In this document: one piece after another, positions 12,201 to 24,361 of the stretch
Layout of the letters: each line of letters starts with the position of its first letter
How positions within the stretch are numbered: position 1 is the first letter of the stretch
NCBI RefSeq assembly: GCF_002571385.2
Contig: NW_019217844.1
Span: forward strand, 38,322 to 102,321
Length of the DNA: 64,000 nucleotides
Origin: Stylophora pistillata
Taxonomy: Eukaryota
Direction: 5' to 3'
Position numbers and translations under genes: made by a program
The notes under the pieces: generated by a model
Databases searched by the model: none
Told to the model about the DNA's origin: nothing
What the model saw: only the letters and a program-made list of their open reading frames with translations

Positions 12201-15200
12201 AATGAGGAATAAATTTTTTCAATTCAAATCTGCTTTTTATGGCCTAAAACTTTTGGCCATTTTGTGGGCAGCTTTGGAATACATTTGAAATTGCAATTTC
12301 TAAATATCTGAAAGCAAGTTGTTGGTTACCTTGCAATTGCAGAATCTTGTTTTTGCAATAAATAATACAGTAAACACCCGCATATAAGAACACATGATTT
12401 TGGAGGCCAGGCTGATCAGATTCTTATTTATCGGGTGCTTAGTGAAAAATCAGCCTGAAGGTGTTCTTAAATTGTTCTTAAATTTTGTTGTTGGAATTCA
12501 GAACTGTAACAATGCAAAAAATTGCTTGAGATTAAATTAGCATATCTAATGACAAAGCAAATTAATAAATATCGTGACATTATTGTAACAATTAGCCTGC
12601 AAAAGAAAATCAACCTTATTACCAGTTAACTAGCGAACAGAACAAGAAAATACATCTAACATGAAGGGCATGTTAATGTCTTATCCATTTTATAAGAACA
12701 TTTTATATTTCCAGGCTGATTTTGTTCTTATAAAAATGGTGCTTTATTTGCAAAATTTCAGCCTGATGTTCTTAATCCATGTGTTCTTATATGCGGGTGT
12801 TTACTGTAGTGAGTGCTTAGATATCTTTCCTCCAAGTGTTAAGAATCTACCTTTTTACTTCTGCCCATACTTTACTAAAAACTGGCCTTTGTTTAAAAAT
12901 CAAACTCATGGAGTGAAAATAGACTGAAAAAAAATTCACGTATGGAAGACAGTTAAAAAAATAGGTCCTAGTAAAATGATAAGGCATTTTACTGAAATTT
13001 AACAGAAAGGAAAAGTTAAAAAATTTTCTTATGGTGGTTCCTAGATGTTGTTTAATTTTTCCCATTGGTAGATAACATAAAGATTGGAGAATTTTTAGAA
13101 ACACAGCCTCCAATCATCCTAAGCAAAGTTTTTCTCAAGCTTGACCATCTACCAACTGAGCAATGGCACACTCTGGGACTCATCTTGGGTGTGGGACGCG
13201 ACAACCTACTTCACATAGTGACAAGTTGTGCAAATCAAAATCAGAACCCAGCCCAAGATTTGATAGAAATTATTTTTCGATCAAACCCAACAATGCTGAT
13301 GGGCACATTCAAGAAACATTTGTCAGATATAGAAAGAGAAGATGTGAATACCAAACTGGAAGACATGAGTGGTACGTTCAAGTTGTAATTGTTAGTAATA
13401 TTTTTTCATGAAAATCTTTTAAAAATTAGGGGCCATGGAAACTCATGCAACCTGAAATGGAGGGTCTGTTTTGAATTTAAGGGGTCCAATCCTGGGTAGT
13501 ACCCAATTCACCAAATTTCATGCGCATTCCAGAGACTCACAGCACTCAAAACCAGACATCTCTTCTCCATTTTTAGAAAGAAAAACGAAAGAAAGAAAGG
13601 AACCCTATTTACTGAAGGTAGAATACTGATAACTCAGTTGTTTATATAAGGGCCCTCAAAAACTGAAAGGAAATTTAAAAATATATATATACAATTCAAC
13701 TATTTAGTCAAGTGGAGCCAACTGCACTGAAATGAAACAAACTTTAATGAAGGTCTAAGGCCTGTTTTAAACATCAAATTTCATATGTGCCAAACTTAAT
13801 GCGAATGAGTGAGAACACTACTATTTTTGCATTAGATTAGGTTAGGCACGTATGAATTTTAATGTTTAAAATGGGCCTAAGCAAAGCAAATAGCTGGTTT
13901 TTGTGTGTAAAATTTGTACATTTGTGCATTAACGGGACCACTGGTCCTTAATGTTGCACCCAGGGGGCAGGGGATTTGTCAAGATTCCTCTGCCCTAAAC
14001 CCTTGGGTATTTGATAAGATTTGAATAGGCATTTGGGCAAATCCCAGAGGGGTCCCAGGGTGGGCCCCAAGGGAAAGCTGCTGACTGATGCATTAATTCT
14101 ATAATTGTCTGCAAAGTTGTAGTGCCAGCTTTCTCACTAAATAATATGAATGATGATGATAAATCAATTCCCTGGATGAAGTCAGGAGTCTGGGATCTTT
14201 GAAAATTCATAAAAAAATAGCCAAATAGAAGCAACCATATTTTTTTTAACTTTGTTATAGAAAAAACAAAGAGATTTTCTGTTAAGGAAGATATTTGGTT
14301 GGTATAAGTGGCACTAAAAATGCAGAACAGATACATTTTGGTTTCTTCTCTTTCTCCATTGTTCACTTGGAATTGAAAAGAAAAATACATCTGGATGCTC
14401 TCATGGATCACTAGAAAACCACACCCTCATTATGTCAAATTCTACACCAGTTTTCAGGCCTAAACAGCTATACAGGAATGAAGCATCCCTGAGGGGTGAA
14501 ACATACCATTATTAACACATCTCAAACAAGTAAATTGATTGTCATTTTGCATACAAAGCTATTTTGGGATTCCATTAAGTGCAGATCACATCTATGCTCA
14601 TTAAATTATGCATTGGTGGATGGCGCTGTGAAATTATTTTGAGATGTTTATCATCTTTTGACTTGAAGGTTATAGGTCATTTTATCTTCGGATTCAGATA
14701 ATTGGATTATTTAAAAAGTAAACTGTTCTCTCCTTTAAGAAAAGACAATTTCCTCTGAGCTTTTTGATTTGCAGATTGCACCAATTAAGATATTTCTGCA
14801 AGGACAACTTTTGTTTTTTTAAAATTGCACACAATTCTGAAATGAGTTTGAGATACTCATCATCTTCTGCTGTCTTCCATAGTTCCAGCTATCAATAAAT
14901 AAGTACCTGCTCCCAATGCTGTGTTTCTCTTAGCCCAGCTGTGACTAAATTGCCCAGCAGCTGGGCATCCTATCAAATAGTCTAAATACCCCACAGTCAG
15001 AAATTTTCATGCAATTTCTATCGGATGATTCTTTCAAACTTATTAATAATATGAGACTTTTTTCAGAAATGTCAAGCAATTCCAAAAGTTTATTTGTTTT
15101 CTTAGTGGATGCATTATGTGAGCTCGTGCACCTATAACATTGCTCGATTGTCAACACTTACAATTCTAGGCTTCTGATCAGACTGCTGGAGTCCTAGGGG

Positions 15201-18200
15201 ATTTGGACCCCCCCCCCTGTCCAAATCCCCCAGCAGATTTGAACCCCTCTCTATGGATTTGGACCGCCCAACAAAACTGAATGAAAACATCACCCTAGAC
15301 GTTCTGGTAGAAATAGACACATTGTAACACTTTACGTTCCAGTGCATACTTAAAGATGTTTTTAATTCAGAACATGCATATTGATGTTATCTTGTTCGCA
15401 GCACCCCGTCACAACTTAGGACCCTGAATAACAGTACAACTTCTCTCGGGTAATTCGGTGGTATTTCCGATTGGCGGGTATTTAGTCTGATTGAGACCGT
15501 GCTCGGTAGTCTGATGAAGTGTTTTTGTGGTTCGCTAAGCCATAGTTAAGCTCGGAAAATTTGTCCACTAAAAACCAAAATAATTTTAAGAGTCACTTGG
15601 GATAACTAAACAAACATCGCATTTTCTCAACAGCTATATTTGAGGTTTTCTGTGTTGTTTCCCTTCATATTAACTGAACTTGAAGCTGTTCTTACATAGG
15701 TGGGCGGTAATATGGAATGTACAAGCTCGAAGAATTTGTCTTTTGAAAAAACCAAATTGATTTTTGGAATCGCTTGACACATCTAAACACACATTTAATA
15801 TTCTTAAGAAGTTTGAGGGAACGTTCCAGTGGATTTTCGGTGAAAATGTCTAACTGCCGGGCAATTAGTCTATTTGAGACCGTGCCGGGCTGCCAGGCAT
15901 TTAGCCATACCTTAATAATCGATTCAGGATGATTAGAGTGTAACAAAAAGCTACGTATCACGTACCCTTGGTTAGATGTAGCTCCCGCAGAAGTTCGCCG
16001 ATGTTTGAACGTAGTGGTGAGGGTGGTTCGATTGGGCGTTTGATTGCTTGCCTCACACGCTGAGGCTATTGGTCGTTGCCTCTGCGCGAGCAGGTTTCCC
16101 GTCTATCCGGTCTCAGGCCTGATCCCGTCTTATCGTATAAGCAATACGAAAACCGCACGGAGTAACTACTGTAGGCTCAACACCAGCCATGACATTGGGC
16201 ATAGTGCCGGATCGTATGGAATGTCTATTGACGGCCAATCAACAAAATCGTGGCGTGCTACAGTGATTGGATGAATTCAGTCAGCAATGCAGCTGAATAC
16301 GACTCTTCTGCTCCCTTGTCGATGACCTCGTATTTCAAACTTCAAGATCAACCTTGGTGTTTGTTCACTATTATCTTCATCTTTTTTGTTTTCTTTCTTT
16401 TATGACTCGTGAACGTAAAAATAAAAAATTCAAATTTTCAAAAAGATTTTCCTTTTTTAAAACAGCCCACGCTTACACCAAAAAATAGGTCTTGATATGT
16501 GGGGTACTATCGATAATCACCTTCAGACCTCAAAATCACACACAGTATACGCTTCGGCCGCCTGCGGTCCTTAAATTGTTTATCACACTGTCTTACGCGG
16601 AGCTGTCTGGCATTGAGCACAGGTACGGTAGAAGGTTCGGAAAACACAACCAAAAGGAAATATACCCGCGTAGCTTTTGGCAGCTGTGGTGAGGTAGAAT
16701 TGATTGATAAAAACGATAAAAACGATAAAGCGGAAAGATGATGTTCACAGTGAATGACACAGGCATACTCAGTAGAACTCCGAGTGCTCCCGACCTACGA
16801 CTTTGCAATTAGTTCGTAGTATTACGTATGTGTTCCAATGAACAAAAAGCCACTTGAAGACTAATGGTTTCACAAAGATTTGGCAAAAAAAAAATGTCGT
16901 CATGTTTACCATACACCCTGCCTAACCAAACAACGAAATTTTTTTGTGGCAGGTAAATGAGAGGTAAAAATGATATATCTTACTTGTATTAAAATTCGCG
17001 TGGTAGTCATTTTCGCTCCGTTTGAATTTCGCGCGATTTAATTTCGCGCACCTTATAGAGGACTTATTCGCACAGCTTTAAATTCGCGCGGGACATTTTC
17101 CTTGTTCGGTTTCTTTACTAGGGTTAACAGATGCAGTTAACCTTTTTGTCATAACACAATTAAAGAATACCACAGAATTCGCGTTAACCTAAAGCAAGTT
17201 TTTCACCGCCCGCTGCTGGCACATTTTTTCACGCAATTTTTTTTGTTTGTTTGACTACAGAAGAATGTCGCATGGTTTGTTCAGTTAGGTGAAATCAACA
17301 ACAGCGATAACAACAATTTATTTGTATTCCATTTACACAGATGGTATTGCATATGATAACATTAACAATAAAAGTAATTAGTGAAGAAAATACTGGTGTA
17401 TTTTTTGGTGGAATATTACATGGAACCAGAAAGAATCCCGACAGAAATTTCTCAGGTTGAAGAAGATGATGATGAAGTCATTTTTTATTTCTAATTTTTG
17501 ATGGTAATCTGTGTACGCATAAATAGAACGGATAACTTGCCTTTTTAAACACCAACCTCTAATTCTCACTGAAAAACTCCTTAGTATCCAGTGATACTGT
17601 TAACTGTTGTTATATTACCATATGTAATAGTATTTCGTAGTACATTGCGTAATTCTAAATTCTTAAGTTGTCAATGAAGTTAATATTTGATTTAAACCTT
17701 TTCGCGGGGATTATATTTGGCGCAGTATGAAATTTCGCGCACTTACATTGAGCGCGAATTCTAGTACTGCGCGAATTTTAATACAAGTAAGGTAATCGAT
17801 ATTTTTTGGAGAAAGATCATTAAAAGAGAGACAAAAACATGAAGTGTGCCATATATCTTGTTTTTTAATTTGGAAGGGCCTCCCTTCCCTCCCGTATAAA
17901 AATAAGTCTGTGGAATCTTTGGATAAATATTACATCTATTGCACGTTGGACATGTAACTTTAACCCCAACAAAGACGAGTTATCATTATGAGCGGTTATC
18001 GATTGTCATAATCTTCTCCGTCAGATTCGTTGACAATTAAAGATTTGTGCGAGGATTTGGATAAGATGCAAGTAGTAACCAGTATGTTGAATGATACTAC
18101 CAATAAAGTCCGTAAAAACTACAAGAATCTGGCCAATGTCTGCGGTGTGCCCAGCGAATTATCCCAGAGCCTTCAGCCGCCTTGTGGCGAAAGTCCCACT

Positions 18201-18902
18201 GCAATGGTGCTGGAAGAGATTGTCAGACAAAGACCAAATTTTACTCTGTATCAGCTCTTCATAAATTTTCGCGACATGAAACGCGTAGATGTCATTGAGG
18301 GAATTTCCTTCTATTTTGTGGGTAAGAAATCGGTTTAGTCAAGAATTCATATATCTATCTTGCTTTAGGTTATTCATTTACTATGCCTGAAACTTCTTAA
18401 AGAAATGTCGTATATATTCATTTCCAAATCTCCCTCTTGAACACAACTACACAGAATTGATTACTTTTAGCCACAGCATCTCACACATTTGATAACGAAT
18501 AGAAATATCTAATAAGAATTACTTCTCCGACAGTTTTAATGACAAAAAAGGCGAATCTCGTGAATTTATTTTGGAATTCGTTTGTGTAATCTTTTGGAAT
18601 TTAATAGATTCTTTGTCGACAAAACTTTCCAAGTCATCCCATTTCGGAAAAAAAAAATGGACTTTGTCATTCTGACCTCATCCTTCGTCAATTCATGACG
18701 CGCTTGAATAGAAAACTGTGAAAAGCACTTCCCCCGCGCTCAAACATCTGTCTGATTCAGTTGTGTGGGGCGTCAATAGGTCTCAAAACTGGGGAAGAAT
18801 AGACATGAGACTGAATACTAATTAATCTACTGCCTGTGTGGTTTTTCACCAGAGGAAGACTTTCGCAATATGAAGAGAGAACTGAAGATTGGCGATGAGT
18901 AA
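9228..18902 (+). CDS. About 675-aa protein: trypsin-fold-like pseudoprotease domain, linker, three tandem death-domain-like modules. Exons 9228-9990, 10600-10767, 11132-11308, 11631-11903, 13072-13371, 18025-18321, 18853-18902
   Basis: All GT-AG, all introns phase 1, 2028 nt open to TAA. Modules show LD...W/Y..L(A/G)...V...(SP/NP)...+FE/+IE...P.+++..+...L..+.R.DV, a MyD88/IRAK/UNC5-type death-domain pattern. Confidence 0.8.
12368..12806. mobile_element. Tc1/mariner-pogo type MITE
   Basis: TA|CAGTAAACACCCGCATATAAGAACAC...GTGTTCTTATATGCGGGTGTTTACTG|TA, perfect TIRs with TA TSD. Confidence 0.9.
16978..17792. mobile_element. TIR MITE with TA-type flanks
   Basis: CTTACTTGTATTAAAATTCGCG...CGCGAATTTTAATACAAGTAAG, with subterminal AATTTCGCG repeats. 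Confidence 0.8.
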
Positions 18903-20387
18903 ATTGCCATCCATGCAGGAATCCCCAACATGGAAGACAGCCCTACTCGATTTCTTTCACAAGAGCAACTGAATATCGAAGAGAGACCATACGAATTTTA
19001 AAATCAGGTGATTTCTTTCCCGGCCCCATCTAAAGCACCTGTACTAAAATGTATGAAGTAAAAAGAACTTAGCGTTTGGTTGAAGGATTTTTGAGCACTC
19101 GACGGAGCCAAAAAAGACGAGTGGTAAACTCAGCTTTGCCGCTTCCGTTTCACGACTCCAGCAGCTCAAAATTTAAGAAAAAGCCCGCTATGCAGGCTGA
19201 AATATTTGAATATGTGTACTAATTCAGAGATTATTTCATTTTTCTTGCTTTAAAAAGTTGTTTCCTGAATACCGTTTAGCCATGCCTCTTGGATGATAAT
19301 AGAAGCAGTGATTTTGTGGTCAATTTTGGCCTCAGTGGCAGGTTTTAGATAGGCCTCCTAAATAATTTTTCAGAGCGTTTACTTTATAATCGATTTGAGA
19401 AAATATTTTTTGGATCCGGATGGGTTTCGACAATTCTACTGAAACAGTTAAACCCACGCAGCTAGTATGAATAATCATCTCAGTGAGACGAACAAAATTC
19501 GTGCCTGGCTCAGGTTTAAGATAATGGGGTGTGTTAGAAGATATTTTTCTAACACTCCTAGTACAGTTGATACTTCTTCATTCGTTTTCTGCTAACTCTA
19601 CACAGCTTAATACGCTACCTAAGGGTCTAACTCAGCTCTGAGTGAGAATATTGGTCACCGGCTTATAAAGGTGACACTGACTAAGCTGTCAATCTTCGTG
19701 CATCGTCATTATTTCTCTCTTAGCTAGCGAATCACGTTAGGTTACGGAAACGGTTCCTGCATACTAAGTATGTACCTTCGAGATGTTTACGCTCACAAAT
19801 CATTTCCTATCTTAAATTTCGTACATTTCCAGTTTATTTCTGCTAAAACGAAGACAAGATTGGCAATATAAAAATTATAGACTACTTATTGACAGAATTA
19901 GAATCATACTTAGAAAGATATCTTAAGAGAAAATAGCCTTTGACGACTGTTACATAACAACAGAATAAACAGAAAATTCGGAGGGAGGGGCCTACCCTAG
20001 GAAGCGCCTCTAAAAGAGCTAAGCCCTGTTCTTCCTAGACGCCAATTTTGTCTTTCAACATGTGCCTCTTCCAAAGTTAAAAGCAAAACTACACCAGGCG
20101 ATGTATACCAGTGGCTAAATTGTTATATTCACAGTATTCACTACAGGAAAATCTGACGAATAAAATGTTATTCAGTTTCATGTTACTTGTATCCTAACCA
20201 CGAGACACAAATTTTAGCTTTTCTTTAATCCACCAGTGGGGAAATTACTTCCTTTTGTCTTGTAATGGATTGTCCATGCGTTATATATCTGTTCAGCATT
20301 GCTCATTTTTCGTATTGCCAACAAGAAAGCCATGCAAAATTCTGAAACCTTACGCATCTTCAACAAAAAGACCACAGACAGAGAATA

Positions 20388-20912
20388 AAGGCTGATAGTT
20401 TCTAAAGAAACTGTTTGGGGCTGCGTCGGTGGGGGTAACGAAATAATTTGAAAATATCAACAAAGTTGAAATGCTAAATTGGCCACTGTTACGGTTATAA
20501 AAGCTGACGTTTCGAGCATTAACCCTTCTTCGGAGCGAATAGAGGAATTGTGGGTTGTGTGTGATTTTAAAGGCAGAAAGTGGAGCTACGTGATTGGTGG
20601 GAACATGGCAACGAGAAAAGCGCGAATAAATTAGTGGAATAAAAAGCGTCCGTTGATTGAGCGCGNNNNNNNNNNNNNNNNNNNNGTAAATCTTTTTGCA
20701 ATAAGTGCAAGTTATGCAATAGATTACATTGGCGGAGGTGCACGTGAAGTGATCGGTGATCTTAAGGGATTGATTGGATATTTTCTCAGTGTTGTGAATG
20801 AAAGGACACGTTTTGCATCGTGCACGAGCGCATTTAAAAGTGCCTGGTTGGTCATTAGTCTGAAAAGAACTTCTGACCAAAAACTTGCCTATGTTTTTGT
20901 CGCGTTTGAATG
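20388..20912 (-). mobile_element. Penelope-like element 3' fragment (GIY-YIG endonuclease plus pseudo-LTR)
   Basis: FKCARARCKTCPFIH...HFTCTSANVIYCITCTYCKKIY, the Cys-rich linker and start of the GIY-YIG domain typical of Penelope; the pseudo-LTR recurs at 60365-60650. Confidence 0.85.
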
Positions 20913-21668
20913 ATGACACAGACAGAGGAAATCATCTTTCAAGGAATTCTCTGGATGATAATACGGGCCTTAAGCCCAAAAGGTTTTTGAGACGCGAAAG
21001 GCAGCCGGAAGTAAAAGTTCTCGTTTCCAGTACTCATTGCACCTTTTAGGTTCGCATAATTTGGTTTAAAATGCTAAAATGATGACTTTTCAACCGATTT
21101 GATGAAGTCAAAGCGCGTCAGTATTAGTTCTATTCTTAATGACATATTTTTCCTCCAGCAATACTCACAATACTTAAATATGGATTGGATGAAAGCATTC
21201 ATTTGAAAATAATCTCAATTAAAAGAGAATAGAAGAGTTTTATTGCCGTTGTGCCAACCTTTTTTGTTGTTAGTGTCGTCAAAATTTCTCGAAATAAACC
21301 TTTTTTTGACATAAAGCTAGTTTTCCCGCGTGCTGCCCAAAATATTTGATGGATAGTTGACGCGAAAACCTCCATTAACGCGATATTATAATCAGACAGT
21401 TGTCTTTGGACGTAATCTATCCCTCGTGGCCCACTGTTCGCTTTTCGTGACACATGCAGATGAAAATTGCGCGTCAAATGGAAGCTTCAGTTTCTTTATC
21501 ACCGGATCAATTTAGATGCATTAAAAACGCAAACAAAGGAAGATATTTATGAATTAATTTCCTTCAATATTCGCACCAACTTATCTCATTCTCGTGGTCT
21601 CTCGTTTTCCAGCGCTGACCCTTACAAACTTACATCTATTAAACAGTTTCCTTCTCATCCGGTACTCA

Positions 21669-22421
21669 TCAGTTAATTACAACCTAATTTCCGTACTCTA
21701 ATGCATCAATCAATTCGAAGCTTTAACACCCCACTTCCCTGAGCATTTTAAGATTGGTTTGTTCAAATCCCCCTCCCCGGCCAAAATTGTCTTCAAATAC
21801 TCTCTATAAGCGGCCGGAAAGGTGATACACGCGTATTCCATTCGACACTTCCATGTCAAATTCCCCACCCCATCCAGGCAAGGTTCAAATTCCCCAAATT
21901 CCCGAACGACAGTCAAACGGATGTTGAAGCTTCGATTCGATCGGTGCATAATGACCTCATTATATCCGTACTTTTTGGAAGTAGTGCATTCCTAAAGTAA
22001 AAGTATCAGACTCAAATTGGCAACTTATGAGCAGATGATCGAAACCACAAAGGAGGGATAAAACTGGGAAATGAAGGAATGAGGTCATTATGCACCGATC
22101 GAATCGAAGCTTCAACATCCGTTTGACTGTCGTTCGGGAATTTGGGGAATTTGAACCTTGCCTGGATGGGGTGGGGAATTTGACATGGAAGTGTCGAATG
22201 GAATACGCGTGTATCACCTTTCCGGCCGCTTATAGAGAGTATTTGAAGACAATTTTGGCCGGGGAGGGGGATTTGAACAAACCAATCTTAAAATGCTCAG
22301 GGAAGTGGGGTGTTAAAGCTTCGAATTGATTGATGCATTAGAGTACGGAAATTAGGTTGTAATTAACTGAGTCTGATACTTTTACTTTAGGAATGCACTA
22401 CTTCCAAAAAGCACGGATATA
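21669..22421. repeat. Inverted duplication: 293-bp arms 21669-21961 / 22078-22370, plus 54-bp arms 21961-22014 / 22368-22421
   Basis: Identical 79-aa ORFs on opposite strands (21710-21949 -, 22090-22329 +); each long arm carries a MITE and its flanks. Confidence 0.92.
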
Positions 22422-22767
22422 TTCGTACCCCACCCTACTAATGAACTACATTCGTTTAAACCAGGTTTCAAATGACCTTTATTATTTATAGTCTTTATTA
22501 AGACCCTCCACAACACAAAACTGCGCTAGTTGATTATTGATTGTCGATCTTAACTGTACACTAATGCAAAACGGGTTCTCAATTTCAAAGCAGATCATCG
22601 AAAACATCTTAAGGATCAAAAAAAATTTGCAAAGTTTACACATTCGAAGTATCGTTAAACTAAACGAACAAATTTATTTGACGTTAATCGCATTTAATTC
22701 TAGTAGCTCGAAAATTTTAATTAGTCCAGTCGAAACTCTGAACTCATAAAAATACTCGTGAATCTAA

Positions 22768-23008
22768 TCCCCATTCACACCAAAGCCTAAACATGCTTTA
22801 AAGCTGTTTTGTTAAACATGGTTTAACACAACAGCTCCATAGAAGCTGCTCAAATCGATATTTGGTTGACTTCAAATGTGGCACATTGAAAATACAATTT
22901 AGCAATTGCTTGAATCTTGTGGAAATTTTAGTTTTTCAGTTCTCTGCTTCTGATTTTTATTCAGTTAAACCTGGTTTAACTAAACAAGTTTTCTGGTGTG
23001 AATGGGGC
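22768..23008. mobile_element. Harbinger-like MITE inserted in TFIIB duplicate B
   Basis: CCCCATTCACACCA...TGGTGTGAATGGGG; absent from the matching position near 38080. Confidence 0.75.
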
Positions 23009-24049
23009 ATAACTCTATAGTTAACACTAAAACTGAGTCTTTATCAATTACTGGAATGAAGTCTACAAGAATAAGCGAAATTTATCGCCGTTTTCCTTAG
23101 TAATTTACGTACTTCCTTTCCTGAAGTATCGCTCAGGTCTTAACGAGCCTTGCCCATGGCTTCTTTTTGTAAGCCAAAGCAACTGCTACGTTCAATACCG
23201 AGTCATTTCTTACTAGTAAAAATGTTTTATTTTTAGTTGATTTACTGAACTTCTTGAACAATGGAATGGACAAAATTTTACAAATATGTGTTTCGTTTAC
23301 AATCCAAAGAATTATTGCACAAATAAATAACATCTAAACATCAAAAACGAAGGGAAGTGGCTACAAAGATCAAAGGTTCGGAAGTTTGTCCACGGGAGTA
23401 GTAAACTGGAAGTCACTCGGAAAAAGTTATGCTGCACGAAGATAGATAAGTCTGTACGATTGACGAATTGTAACGTCTGCTACGCCAGCGATGTCGCCAA
23501 TTTCTACAAAGAAAACACAAATATTGTCATGTCGACTAATCGCAGCCATGTCAGTGCCAATATATCGTGTTGGAGGATGCCAGAGAAGCTGCACTGATTT
23601 CAACAGGTTTGCCACCTTTACTTTCTTTTGGTGCGAATGAAATAGCCAACAACCGACATTGCATGTTAGAAGAATTCCGATAAGTGTCTTTGTCACTGGT
23701 TCTACTTAACTATTATTTGTAACTGATCTAGAAACTCACACTACTCCCTTGATAAACCATGCGGGAAACCTGGACGACTTGGTCACTAACGACATTTTCC
23801 CGCGCTTTTGCCGCTGGTTACGTGTATTTACTTTGAGTTCTGATTAGTTCTTTGCGATAGCTTTCTTCCCGCTGATTGGCCTTTGATGTCAATTTGGTTA
23901 ATGACATCCAATCAAAAGGCGTTTCATCCGCGAAATAAATGTCACTCCTCAGCATTTAAGATGCTTGAAGATGGCAGGTTACCCCTAAAATTTCGTTTAA
24001 ATTTTCATTTCAGCTTAGTCCATAAAGATTTGATAAAAAGGTGTTAAAC

Positions 24050-24361
24050 ATATCTTATTAACAAACCGCGAGGGCCGTACTGGGAGAATGTCGGCCCGCG
24101 GTCTTTTTTGTACGGACCTCGCTACGCTCGGTCCGTACTGTCAAGACCTCGGGCCGATATTCTTCCAGTACGGTCCCGAGCAAGCTTAGTTAATAAGAGA
24201 TTTATTATACGACTGAAGTTCAAAGGGAAACAAGTGCGGTATCATTCGGGACCATTCGGGACAGTGCCCGGTCCAATACTGAGAGAATATTGACCGGCAA
24301 TAGAGCATTTTGATTGGTTGATTTTAGTTATTGGCCCTCTGACTGCCCGAGTCGTGTAATA
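24050..24361. mobile_element. Hairpin-ended non-autonomous element, same family as 58443-58752
   Basis: TCTTATTAAC...GTTAATAAGAGA hairpin plus a tail of about 150 bp nearly identical to the KIF14 intron copy. Confidence 0.8.

Noticed and set aside
21710-22329. Identical 79-aa ORFs on opposite strands
   Set aside because: Chance ORF within a duplicated MITE; no protein-like features
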